From: Mobula birostris
Lineage: Eukaryota
DNA length: 64,000 bases
NCBI RefSeq assembly: GCF_030028105.1
Contig: NC_092372.1
Location: 42,536,034-42,600,033, forward strand
Direction of reading: 5' to 3'
Each line of letters begins with the position of its first letter. Position 1 is the stretch's first letter. Made by a program: the position numbers and the translations under genes. The notes below the pieces were generated by a model, which saw only the letters and a program-made list of their open reading frames with translations, searched no databases and had not been told where the DNA came from. Shown here piece by piece: positions 1 to 12,675 of this stretch.

Positions 1-208
1 GGAAGATGCCAAATGACCCAAGTGAATTTAAGGGCGGGTTGGAAGTTAGAGGCAAATTTGATAAAGTTGACAAGTGCAATGGTGATGCGGCTGCACAAAT
101 GCAGTCATTAATGTAGTGAAGGGAGAGGTGGGGAGTGTAACCGGAGAAGGCTTCAAACATTAACTGTTCTTCAAGGTCTCTGAAGAGGCAGGCATAGCTT
201 GGACCCAT
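1..208 (-). mobile_element. Penelope-like element reverse transcriptase fragment (decayed)
   Basis: Minus strand reads MGPSYACLF...EQLMFEAFSGYTPHLSLHYINDCI, resembling the Penelope RT motifs MGPSYACLF and RYIDD. Confidence 0.7.
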
Positions 209-1959
209 GACTACCACATGGAATTCTACCCGACAGAATTAAACCCAACAGCTCCTCATTAATCCTCAAGATAATAATACTTAGTTAAAAATTTAATATT
301 ATCAAGTAGATTTGCAAGAAAAAATGATAGTAGAGCAAGGAGACATAAAAAACAGTCGATGCCACAGGCTGGAGAAACAATAATCTGAAACTTCTACAAT
401 TTCCTTCCCTCCATAGATGCTGCTTGACATGTTGCACATTGAAATTTTGTAACCACATTTTATATAGTGGTCCTCTCCAAGTAAGAAATAAAATTACAAG
501 GAAAAGCAATGAGATAGACATCTATTGCCATATATATAGAAGATAAATTTTCATATAGCTATCACTGAAAATTTACATTGATTATCACAAATTATGCTTA
601 TGATGTGCATCATCAATTAATATAAAATCTTTCATCAACGTAAAGTGCTTAAATATTTTGCTACTTACACGCCGGAGCTAGGAAGATGACAATTGACAAA
701 ACAAGCAGATTGTACAGTGATACTTCCATCGTTGTTTCTTCTGTGATCTTGCAAAAGCTATTGCTTAATTTATAATAAACTTAGGGGGAAGTGGTTTATT
801 TATTTTAGTGACCCCCCAACCACCAATAAACATGAAGGTTTGCTAATCTTTCTAATCTGCATCCATATCAGTTATGGAAAGTCACATGACAGGGTCAAAG
901 CGAACCAGAAATTTTCAGCAATATTGTGGGTATCACTGAGAGTTTGCCTTTCATTTTGATGCCTATCCTGACATTTCATTGACCTAACCTGATAACATGC
1001 AGGACATATTTATTTAGATCCTATGTGAATGCATACTAAATGATGTCTTAAAAGACCATTAAATTCGAGAAACATTATTTGAATATGCCACTTTATTGCA
1101 TTTACTTTCAAATATTGACAATCCAAGGCCAAATGATATCATTACACTGGATTAATATAGATGGCATCCATGTGTTCATAGATTTGTGAAGATTGTAAAG
1201 AGCAGATGGGAATATCCGTGAGTGAGATGGTAGCTGAGGATAGGACTTTTGGAATGAAAGGGACAGTAACACCAGACGTCAAATATTTTGGTTCCTGAAT
1301 ACTTCAGGGTGCATCTTATGGATTTTGGGCTGCTGAACATGAAAATCATAATGAAATTTCCCTATCACACACCACTTTTTTGGAAATAGCCTATATTTTT
1401 AATTCAATTCATTATTCAAGACAGAATAGCTGATACCAAGATGAATTTTGTTGGTCACGAATCAAACAGGTCGTCAATGACAGACAATTCAAAGAACTTC
1501 TAGTGGGACTAGAAAAAATCACATGGAATTCATTCAAGAATGTTGGCAACTACAGAGCACCAAACTACGAATAGCTGGCTGACAACATGCTTCAAGCATA
1601 CAAAACCATGAAGTGCAATATGTCACTAAAGATTCATTTTCAGCATTCCCATTTAGACTTCTTCCTGCAAATCCTTTTGCTGTCAGTGAAGAACATATTG
1701 AGTTTTCACCAGGTCATTGAGAAATGGTATCTGGGTAATTGGCTGATTATTGTTGGACACTTTAGCGAGAAGCCTCAGACACTGAATATAAACGAAAAAT
1801 ATCCACAGAACATTTTTAGGTTAGTTAACTATTACAAAGCATCAGCATCATTATACAATTAAATGCATTATATTCAATAAAAGTTAATTTCTTGTTTCTC
1901 TAAATTTCTACATTACACAAGTACGTAGTCCAAAATTACTAGCTCTTCTAGTTCTTCTT

Positions 1960-2082
1960 TACTAGCTCTTCTTTCAGTTAGTCCTGACGAAGGGTCTCAG
2001 CCCGAAACGTCGACTGTACCTCTTCCTAAAGATGCTGCCTGGCCTGCTGCGTTCACCAGCAACTTTTATGTGTGTTGCTTGT
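1960..2082 (+). mobile_element. Penelope-type terminal repeat inserted in the Chapaev3 element
   Basis: CTGACGAAGGGTCTCAGCCCGAAACGTCGAC...GATGCTGCCTGGCCTGCTG. The same repeat family recurs about 10 times in the window. Confidence 0.75.
1980..2015 (+). ncRNA. Minimal type I hammerhead ribozyme motif (Penelope-associated)
   Basis: AGTC-CTGACGA-aGGG tctcag CCC-GAAA-CG-TC-GACT: stem I AGUC/GACU, CUGANGA core, stem II GGG/CCC, GAAA, palindromic ACGU in place of helix III, UC cleavage site. Confidence 0.65.
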
Positions 2083-2369
2083 CTAAAATTCTGTTGTGTT
2101 CAGCTTCAACCGGCCTACCATAAACAAAAATAAATTCTGAGGAGACAACACTTTTGAAAAAAATTGTAGTCCAGTGCTATTGGACTGATGCCAACGAACA
2201 ACTACCACATGGAATCTCTTCAGATTTCCTGTTTCTGACTACCGTCCACAATCAGATCCTGGAAATTGTATCCTTGTGGAGAGGATCAGGATCTAAACTG
2301 ATAAAATCCAGTTCACACAATCGTTCTCACTCACTTGTATATCAGCCTGGGGTCAGTAAACCAGGCCAA

Positions 2370-2580
2370 CAGTCCAGAGCAATAGAAATGAAGGGTTCCC
2401 TTGTTGGTGGTGTCAACTTTTGGAAGAGATGTTGAACTAAGACTCTTATAAGCTCCTCAAGTTGACAGAAAAATGACAATGGCCTTATTGAGAGAAGAAT
2501 AACAGAGTTCATTTGGTGTCTGAACAATACTGTGAAGCACTTTGGAACATCTTCAATCCTTGAAACATGAAAACTCATGC
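2370..2580 (+). mobile_element. Ancient Deu-domain SINE remnant (SacSINE1/AmnSINE1-like)
   Basis: GTTGGTGGTGTCAACTTTTGGAAGAGATGTTGAAC resembles the Deu core; 3' CTGTGAAGCACTTTGGAACATC tail. Highly diverged. Confidence 0.4.
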
Positions 2581-3764
2581 AAGTTCCTCCTTGCTATCAT
2601 TCCTCTTGTGCCCAGTGAGTGCAGAAGGATTAGAGATAAGGTCATAAAACTGGATAAACTGATAAATGGATTAGGTGAGATGGACAGAGTGTGACTATCA
2701 CTTGGAAAAACTGGGATTTATTGTCCATTCCTAATTGCCCTCTTGCCCAGCCCAACTCCAGAGGCAATTAAAAGTCAACCCTGTCAGTGGTCTGCACTCA
2801 CAAGCAGGCCCAAACAGGTAATGATGCCAGTTCATCTTTGCTTGAAGGACATTAGTGAACCAGAATCATTTCTGATGGAAATTTGACAACTTTACGGTCA
2901 CCAGAGCTGAAGGCAACTGCCATTTTACAATAACTTTTGCAGCTTAAACTCTCTAGCTGGCAGGATGGGATTCAGACTCATGCCTCCAATCAATAATACA
3001 CTCTATGAATTGTAGTCCACCAGCTAAAATGCTAGCTACTATATCCTTACTGCTGTGGTAGGCAAGGTCTGGGTATGAAAGTTTTGAAACTTTATATTAT
3101 TAAAGGATGAAAAGTATCTTTTAAATCTGATCATAAATTGCTTAAATACAGTGAAGCCATTTCACTCTTCCAGACTATCATTTTGTTGATAGCTGCCCTC
3201 CCCTTAGCACAGTTCCTGTACCATTTGAATGATCTCACAAAATATGCAGAAATGTTATTGACTCCAGTCTTGAATGATACCAGATTGTTCCCACATCACC
3301 ATCTGCCACTCTGTTATCTTTTCATAGTTTTCTGTTCTTCATACTATCTAATATGATTCTTTCAGATCTTCGTTAAAAGTCAATATCTTTCTACAATTTT
3401 CTCATGACCATGACACTTACACAGAATATACGAGCAGAATAGTAAAGTCCTCAGGCCACTAAGTCTGTGCTGATTATGGTGTCAATTTACACTATACACC
3501 TGCTTGCAGACTGTTCACATCTCTTCATTGTCTGCCTGTTCATGTGTCTGTCCAAATGGCTCCGAAACATTGCTATAATATCTCCTTCCATCACCTCCAC
3601 TGGAAGAGCATTCCAGGCACATACTATGATGTTAAAAAGACTTGCCTTGTAAATCTCCTTTCAACTCCCCTCTTTAAACTTTCGACCTTTTAATGCCCTC
3701 CAGTTGGCATTACCTCCCATTGGATTGGGTTCATTCAGGCCTTAGATTTCCTGATAATCTGATC

Positions 3765-5308
3765 TCAAGTCAAGTCAAGTCAAGTCACTTTTTACTGTCA
3801 CTTCGGCCACAACTGCTGGTACACTACACAGTAAAAACGAGACAACGTTTTCCAGGACCATGGTGCTACATGAACAATACAAAGTCTACACTGAACTACG
3901 TAAAACAACACAAAACTACACTAGACTACAGACCTACCCAGGACTGCATATAGTGCACAAAACAGTGCAGGCATTACAATAAATAATAAACAAGATAATA
4001 TGCGCAGTAGAGGACAGTAGGTGGTATCAGTCCAGGCTCTGGGTATTGAGGAGTCTGATGGCTCGGGGGAAGAAACTGTTACATAGTCTGGTCGTGAGAG
4101 CCTGAATACTTCGGTGCCTTTCGCCAGATGGCAAGAGGGAAAAGAGTTTGTATGAGGGGTGCGTGGGGTACTTCATAATGCTGTTTGCTTTACAGATGCA
4201 GCGTGTGGTGTAAATGTCTGTAATGGCGGGAAGAGAGACCCCGATGATCTTCTCAGCTGACCTCATTATCCACTGCAGGGCCTTGCGATCCAAGATGGTG
4301 CAATTTCTGAACTAGGCAGTGATGCAGCTGCGCAGGATGCTCTCAATACAACCTCTGTAGAATGTGGTGAAGATGGGGGGGTGGGAGATGGACTTTTCTC
4401 AGCCTTCGCAGAAAGTAGAGACGCTGCTGGGCTTTCTTTGCTATGGAGCTGCTGTTGAGGGACCAGGTGAGATTCTCCGCCAGGTGAACATCAAGTAATT
4501 TGGTGCTCTTAATGATCTCTATGGAGGAGTTGTCAATGTTCAGGGGAGAGTGGTTGTTCTGAGTTCTCCTGAAGTCAACAACCATCTCTTTTGTTTTGTT
4601 TACACTCAGAGACAGGTTGTTGTTTCTGCACCAGTCTGTTAACCACTGCACCTCCTCTCTGTATGCTGATGAAACCCACCATGGTCGTGCCATCAGTGAA
4701 CTTAATGATGTGGTTGGAGCTGTGTGCTGCAGCACAGTCGTGGATCAGCAGAGTGAACAGCAGTGGACTGAGCACACAGCCCTGGGGGGCCCCGTGCTCA
4801 GTGTGATGGTGTTGGAGATGCTGCTTCCAATCCGGGCTGATTGAGGTCTCTCAGTCAGGAAGTCTAGGATCCAGTTGCAGAGGGCGATGTTCAGGCCCAG
4901 GAGGCTCAGTTTTCCCATCAGTTTCTGAGGAATGATTGCGTTGAATGCTGAACTGAAGTCTATGAACAGCATTCAAACATATCTGTCTTTTTTGTCCAGG
5001 TGGGTTAGGGCCAGGTGAAGGGCGATGGCAACGGCGTCATCTGTTGAAAGGTTGTGACGGTACGCGAACTGCAGGGGTCCAGTGAGGGGGGCAGCAGGGT
5101 CTTGATGTGCCTCATGACGAGCCTCTCGAAACACTTCATGACGATGGATGTCAGTGCAACGGGACGGTATTCATTGAGGCAGGACACTGAAAACTTCTTT
5201 GGCACGGGGACAATGGTGGTGGCCTTGAAGCACGTAGGAACGATGGCACTGCTCAGGGAGATGTTGAAGATGTCAGTGAGAATCTCAGCTCGCTGGTCTG
5301 CACATCTG
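3765..5308 (-). mobile_element. Rex1/Babar LINE, 5'-truncated and frameshifted
   Basis: RT fragments ([51 protein letters not shown]) and a (TCAAG)n 3' tail. Confidence 0.9.
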
Positions 5309-5597
5309 AAAGCAGTACACATATTCTTTCTGACCAAAGCAAAGGAGACAGTCAGCATGATGGAATAAAACATACTCCACTGGCAATGCAAGTCATTATC
5401 CTAACCTGCAGGTTTTCCTGGTTTAGCTTAGCATGTATAAACCTTTATGAAAATGGACAGTTTTATTTATGGAGACTAAGGGAAATGAAATTTTCGTTTG
5501 TTTGGACGACAGTGGAGACTTTCATATTCTGAATGCAAAACTCAGTGGTAACTGGTAACAAATGGTTGCAGTGGTAATAATTTGTAACTTTCACTTT

Positions 5598-5847
5598 TTG
5601 TCTCTCTTTCTCTCCATCTCCCTTGCCTTTCTTCATCTCTCTCTCTCTCTCACACACACTCTAACTCTCTATCTCACTCTCTTCTTTTCATCTCCCTCTC
5701 TCTCTCTTTCTCTGTCTCCCTCTCTCACACATACATTCTCTCCCTATCTTTCTCTGTCTCTTCATCACTGGCTCCACTCCATCTGTCTGACTCATCCTCC
5801 ACTCTCTCTCTCTCTCTCTCTCTCTCACAGACACACACACACACACT
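5598..5847. repeat. (CT)n/(CA)n microsatellite and low-complexity tract
   Basis: Directly visible CT and CA dinucleotide runs. Confidence 0.95.
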
Positions 5848-7404
5848 GACATGGTCTTAAAACAAGCAAGAAGGGTAGATTTTAAAAAATTAAGGAGTAA
5901 GCTTTAGAGCTTGGCTGTGGAACACGTTGCCCTTACTGAGGGAGTGAGTAAACATGCAGTGTACGAAGAAACACTCAGAGAATTAAGTAGAATTTTTCTT
6001 TCCCCAAATGCAACTCCAAAATGGAAATGATGATGTTTCAGAATGGGAATCAGCAGATTAGTAAAGAAATACCTGATCAGAAAAATGTATCACTGCTGAA
6101 CCTAGCAGCAAGGAAGCAAACAGTCAAACAATTGCTAGTGTCAGGGGTGTAATTCAAGATCAGGATTAGAGATCACAACAGGGACTAAAGACAATGGCAT
6201 CAATTATCCATATTTAATTGGAGGAACTTTCCATTTACCCTGTACTGACTATTGTATGGACTCTTTGACAAATTTAGGGATCCTGGAGGGTTTGGCTGGC
6301 GTGGTAGTGAGGTAATACATATATCTGAACCGTATATGTTAATTGTTGGAACCAAAGGGTGGTGTGTGGATCAAAATGAAGGGATATAATCTTCAGACAC
6401 TTTAGAGGTTGTACAATACAACAGATGATAAGAATTTAAGCAAATGGAAGCAGAAGCCAGACACTCAGCCCATCAGACCTGCCTGCCCTACTGTTTAATG
6501 TCATTATGAGTGATCTTCCACAGGTTTCACCTCCTCTCTTTGCTCAAATGCTCATAGCTCTCAGTTCCTTGAACTTTCCAGAAATGTATCTGCTTCCTAT
6601 CTAAATCCTCCCCAGTGCTCTGACCTCAGTGAATGAATGGAAACAAGTAGGAGCCTATCCAGCTTGAAAATGGAAGAAAGGAACGGGACAACCAAGCTGC
6701 AGCAATAATTTTAACAGCTCCACATAGATCAGGAAAGATGAGGAGGGTTGGCTTACCACGTTTTCTGTCACATAGGGTTTCATCTGTTACACTGCTGGGA
6801 GACATTTGGTATTGTGGCAGAGTCACCAATATTTCCAATAGAATGAAGGTCCTGCCCCAGGATACACAGTCCATATCCTCACTAGCAAAACTGTAGAACT
6901 ATGACCCGTAGATTTTCATCCCATATCACGTTAAGTCTTCAAATTCAAACACAGAGTGTTAACACTTTAGTTTAACATTTCTATTTTAGACAGAATCACC
7001 AAGTTATTTTTAATAAGCAAATTGCAATTGTCATTATACATTATATTTTGTATACTCAGGGATGAGTTGGGAGGGATTGGCTAGGCCCCAATCCACAATT
7101 CTTAAATTTTTCACTCTCATAATTCTGATTAGTGCATTTTCTAAATTCTGAATATTTCATTTGCCTTTCTTCTGATCTAAGTAGGAATCTCTTTGACGTG
7201 TAATGCAGGTAATTAAGATCTTACCTTTATTTTTAAGGTCTTAATAATGAATCACAGATGAAGTTAGATAAAAACTTTCCAAGCCAATGATGGATTTTTA
7301 GATTAGCTTTATTTGTTAGATGTACATCGAAACAGCGAAACATACAATGAGGTGAGTCGTTTGTGTCAGCGACAAACACTTATTTGTTTGTCTCTGTATT
7401 TATT

Positions 7405-7630
7405 GAGGTACAGCACAGAATAGGCCCTTTCAGCCCTTCATGCTGTTCTGCCCTGCAACCCCCAATTTAACACTAGCCTAATCAAGGGGCAATTTACAAT
7501 GACCGGTTAGCCTACCAACCAGTATACCTTTGGACTGTGGGAGGATACCAGAGCACCTGGAGCAAACACACGTGGTCCCAGGGAGAATGTATAAACTCCT
7601 TGCAGACAATGGCAGAATTGAACCCAGGTT
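7405..7630 (-). mobile_element. V-domain SINE (HE1-like)
   Basis: GGACTGTGGGAGGATACCAGAGCACCTGGAG...AGGGAGAATGTATAAACTCC is the reverse complement of the V-SINE core. Confidence 0.7.
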
Positions 7631-9309
7631 GAGTGAGAGAGACCAGAACTAATTGCCAGTGGTGCTGGTGCCAATTCATTGTCCTACAGGTGCCTCCAGT
7701 GCACAGGAACTGAGGAGGGCTCCCTTACAAGGACGGACTTAGACAGAGATCAGAGAAAAATCTGTCAGATAGATCACACTCTTAGAATTTCTGCAGAGCT
7801 TTAGCTGTAAGTATTCTATTGATATTACTTATTGATCCCTTAAAATGAATGAGAACAGATAACAAGTCACATGAGCATCATCAATATGTGAAACAAAATA
7901 AACCTGTTTGCATTGGAATCCAAATATACAAAAAGAAAGCCAAGCAGAATGAGTTCATGATCACAGTTCAATGTCCACAGTAAACTTTTGACAAATGATT
8001 TGTGTAAAATTTTACGTGGGTCTCCTCTGAAGCTTTTTGTGGTTTCATCAAAGGAAAGAAAAGCAGGTTACTTGTATGTTTACTTAACACATGAATGTTC
8101 TGCAACTTTGATGCAATGAACTGGTTGTATTAACTGAAATTAATCATCACTGTTTCAGTCAGCGACTGACATCATCATTTGTTCCAGGAACACGTCTGTT
8201 AAGCACATAGATCTACAGGAACAACGGCTAGGTCTTCTTTTTACCAAAGCCCAAGATAAAAATGAAATAAAGCTACTTTAAATTCTCAAATCTAGAAAGT
8301 AAAAAAAACTTCATGGGCCACTGTGTTGCTTGCTCAGGTTTGTGAGAGGTGTTAGTTCTGAAGCCTTTTTTCCTTTTACTGAGTTGGTCAGTGAAACTTT
8401 TCTGTGCTCAAAGCCCGTGTTAGTGTGGATAACCATAATGACCAACTCTATTTGTCTCTATGCCTGATGCCCACATACCAATATCCTGTTACAAAAAAAA
8501 CTAGCATTATTTTCCAGTTTATAAACATTTTAATGCAATTCTTAGCTTAAGTAAAGCCAAGCTTAGGATCTGCATGTTTTCAATTAGCAAGTTTCAATAC
8601 CAGTCAAATGAAGTACTATTTCCAAAAGAGATAGTTTCATTTTTCCAAATCCAAAGAAGATAAGCTGTCTGTGCAAAAAAAATGATATAAAACACTTAGC
8701 TTCAAGTTTTATAAATGCTTGTCAGCCTTAGTAAAAGTCTAGAAGCCAGGTGGATTGCCTGAGGAGTAAGTCAGCGGCCGTCACGCTGGCACCTTCCATG
8801 TTTTGGTCAACAACATTCTGAATGCTGCTTTTACTTCTGAGCAAGGGAAAAGCCAAGTCCTAGATGATGCAAAAGTCAAAATGAATTGAGAATAAAGTTT
8901 ATAAAACGCTCAGAGATCGCCTCTGAGGCAACTAAGAATGGACAATTCCAGTCTTTCTAGTGACAGTCACAGTCTGGAAAAAAATAAAAGAATTGATAAA
9001 AGCTCTGCACAATAAGTGCTGTGTTTGGGTGATATTACAGAAAAAGTCTATACATGAAAGTTTATGCTTTCACCGTTCCTGTATGCTTTGCAAATGCAGG
9101 TGCATATTGTAAATGAACAATTGTTTGAAATTATTCTCTTAAAATTAAGTTCAGATGAATTTAGACACAGACATCAGATTTGAGTTTTTTCCATTGTTGA
9201 ATTGAATTATGGCTATTTTTTCCTCACATCATTACATACCTATGTTGTGTCCCTTAACATCCACGGCCAATAAAAATTTCCGTGGAGGTAAGTTCTGTGT
9301 ACATACATC

Positions 9310-9531
9310 TATTGATGCTTCTGGACACATCTTCAGTGATGTTCCTGGAATCATCGGGTGTTTCGGGTCTTTCAACATCATACACCCTCCTCCAGGTGAC
9401 CCAGCCGGGGCTGATCAGACCCCAGCTTGTGTCCAGATGGCTAGCTACTTATGACTCCATGGCTCCCCTCTTTTGAGCCACAGCCATCTTGAGGCCCTCT
9501 CTGCCGCATCAGTGGTACTGCGGATGGCAGT
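9310..9531 (-). mobile_element. HERO-clade (R2-like, RLE) LINE 3' end
   Basis: AIRSTTDAAERASRWLWLKRGEPW C-terminus, followed by the characteristic 3'UTR CCCCGGCTGGGTCACCTGG...GAAAGACCCGAAACACCCGATGA. Confidence 0.7.
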
Positions 9532-9839
9532 TCCATTGTATTTGATATAAGAACAGTCCTTTATGTATTCACTCCTAAACTGCCTGACAATGATCTCTAA
9601 CTTGTAACGACCAGTGTGCACAAAAATCTTGTGCTGTGCAAGTGACAACAACATGTCCACACTGACTAATTTCTTCAATAAAAACAGTATAAATAAGCCC
9701 GTTCCAAAATCTGCAGACAAATCATCACAACCTCTACTTTGTCAACACTGTCCACATCAGAAACCAGAAGAGGAAATGTGATTGTGTACGATGGTGAAAT
9801 ATAATTAACATACCAACGCGGTGTGCTTTTTAGCAGGCT

Positions 9840-10240
9840 CAGTACAACGTTGGGGACCATACAGCCTGTTTCTGTGATCTTGTTTCATTGCGTTTGTCCT
9901 ACCAAGGCGCCACTCCTCACGTTTATCTGGGTTAAACTCTATCAGCCATTCTTCCACCCATATCTGCAACTGGTGTATGTTGTGATGTATTCTTTTCCAG
10001 TCTCCAACACCATCCACACCTCGACCAATCCTGGTATCATCTGCAAATTTACTATCTCACCCGTCAGACAATTTCATCCAGGTCATTTATACACACCACA
10101 ACAGCAGAGGTCCCAGCACAGATCCCTGTGGGACACCACTAATTACGGACCTCTTCAAACATTACCCTCTGTTTTCTATGCATAAGCCAAACAGCCAGTT
10201 TGCCGTGGACCCATGCATCTTAATCTTCTTGATTGGCCTC
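9840..10240 (-). mobile_element. CR1 LINE RT fragment
   Basis: Minus strand carries [14 protein letters not shown] and WLIEFNPDK motifs. Confidence 0.75.
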
Positions 10241-10244
10241 TCAT

Positions 10245-11525
10245 GAGAGAGGATGCAGAAGAGGTTTACTACGATGCTGCCTGGCTGAGAGGGCATATGC
10301 TGTCAAACAAAACTGAATAAACTTGGAGCAGCGGAGGCTGAGAGGAGATCTGTCAAGTCAAGTCACTTTTTATTGTCATGTCGACCATAACTGCTGGTAC
10401 AGTACACAGTAAAAATGAGACAACGTTTTTCAGGACCATGGTGCTACATGAAACAATACAAAAACTACACTGAACTACGTAAAACAACACAAAACTACAC
10501 TAGACTACAAACCTACCCAGGACTGCATATAGTGCACAAAACAGTGCAGGCATTACAATAAATAATAAACAAGACAATAGGCACAGTAGAGGGCAGTAGG
10601 TTGGTATCAGTCCAGGCTCTGGGTATTGAGGAGTCTGATGGCTTGGGGGAAGAAACTGTTACATAGTCTAGTCAAGAGAGCCTGAATACTTGTTGCCTTT
10701 TGCGAGATGGCAAGAGGGAAAAGAGTTTGTATGAGTGTTGCGTGGGGGCCTTCATAATGCTGTTTGCTTTACAGATGCAGCGTGTGGTGTAAATGTCTGT
10801 AATGGCAGGAAGAGAGACCCCGATGATCTTCTCAGCTGACTTCACTATCCGCTGCAGGGTTTTGCGATCCAAGGTGGTGCAATTTCTGAACCAGGCAGTG
10901 ATGCAGCTGCTCAGGATGCTCTCAATACAACCTCTGTAGAATGTGGTGAGGATGGGGGGTGGGAGATGGACTTTTCTCAACCTTCGCAGAAAGTAGAGAC
11001 TCTGTTGGGCTTTCTTTGTTATGGAGCTGGTGTTGACGGACCAGATGAGATTCTCCACTAGATGAACACCAAGAAATTTGCTGCTCTTAATGATCTCTCC
11101 GGAGGAGTCATCAATGTTCAGCGGAGAGTGGTTGCTCCATGTCCTGATAGAGGTTTATAAGATTCTGAGAGGCACAGCTAGAGTAGACAGGGAGTATCTG
11201 TTTCCACGTTTGAAACGTCTCATACCAAAGGGCATGCAAGAAGATAAGAGGGCTAGATTCAAAGAGGATGTGAGGGGTAAGCTATTTCTCAGAGAGTGGT
11301 GGATGCCTGGAATGCGCTGCCTGGTTGAGGCCAATACATTAGAGGCTTTGAAGAGATGTTTAGATAGGCATGTGAATGTGAGGAAGATAAAGGGATACAG
11401 ACATTGTGCAGGTAGGAGGGATTAGTGCATGGATGTTTCTGATTTTCTCTTTAGCTGGTTCAGCCAAACCACTGGGGGGCAAACAGCCTGTTCCTGTGCT
11501 GTACTGTTCTATATTCTATGTTCTA
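10245..11525 (+). mobile_element. CR1 LINE 3' end, interrupted by a Rex1 copy
   Basis: RRLRGDL|IEVYKILRG is split at the Rex1 insertion; (TTCTATG)-type 3' tail near 11510. Confidence 0.8.
10353..11143 (-). mobile_element. Rex1/Babar LINE 3' part (same subfamily as 3765-5308)
   Basis: ORF 10672-11058 (KAQQSLYFLRRLRK), TCAAG tail, near-identical to 3765-4560. Confidence 0.9.
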
Positions 11526-12675
11526 CCTCCATCTCTGTACCGTTGATGTAAACAGCAATCAGACCCACACAGATCCTGTTTGCAAATTCACAGCCTTCCA
11601 GAGTTATTGCTAGACAGCAGTTAGAATAACCCTGGATTATGTATGCCTGACACAGGAATCCCCCTGCCATGAGCGAGTTCCCCCAATGTTAGTAATTTCA
11701 GAGCTCGATGTATATACCAACATTTGTTCCTTTGAAAGGCAGAGCTAGTTTTCTCCCCCTCTCCACGTTTACTAAATTTTCTTATGAGTCTTAAATGTTT
11801 TTGCTGCCATCCACTACAATACTGTGGGGGTATAGTTACTATATTGAGTAATTTGTCTGTATTTTCTGATATCAGGAAAAAATTCAGCATAAGGACATTT
11901 TGAAAGACAGAGCCTATTCTTAACCCAGGGATGGCCCGTAGAATTATTTCACCTATCCTTATCCATCGCTGCACTTCTGTCACAATCCCTATCCATCTAT
12001 TCCAATCAATTTACCACCAGGTACTACCAGTTAGCTATTAACTTTTCATTCATTATGTTAGTTTTGTCTTCACATAACTTGCTCTGTTAATAACTCAGAA
12101 ACACATGTTTTTTGTGGTGATGCAGAAGATACTGAATAGTAAGTGCCAAACCTTATCTGGCCTGGAATAATGGAGTACTGGGCGGTTGCTGAAACATTAA
12201 CTTCTCGACCTTCCTCCCTCCAGTGAGTCAGAACCCTTACAATTCCATCACCGTGCCACCAGAAACTCCAGACTATCCACTGGTGAGAAGCCCCCCCTTC
12301 CCAAATGATCCAATCTCTGCTAAAGTTTTTCATCACTCCTGTAAGAGGTGTTAGTGGGTCACCTGAAAGGACCAAATTCAGGCACATTCTGGGACTCATA
12401 ACGCAATGAGGATGTAAGGTGGTGGACGAGAAGTGTTCCTTTGTTGAGGACTGTGGTAGTGAAATAGTGATGCCTGGTTATGGGATGTTATTGGTACAGG
12501 GAGTGATGACGGTGGGAGGAATGGTAGTGACGCTGTGTGTGTGAGGTCAATAGAATACAGTATTAAACCATTTGAGAGAAAAAAAAAGATCATGTACCTA
12601 AATTGATCTGCATGAACTATCTAAATTCATGCATTACTTGTACATTTTATATATTTTAATGTTGATATCATATTG

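Larger units (their letters stand above)
1270..2176 (+). mobile_element. Internally deleted Chapaev3 (CMC) DNA transposon
   Basis: ORF 1587-1862 MLQAYKTMKCNMSLKIHFQHSHLDFF matches the Chapaev3 transposase C-terminal motif (CNMSLKIHFLHSHLDFFP). Ends are CAC... at 1270 and ...CCAGTG at 2176. Confidence 0.7.

Noticed and set aside
5463-5849. Ser/Leu/His-rich ORFs
   Set aside because: CT/CA microsatellite artefacts.
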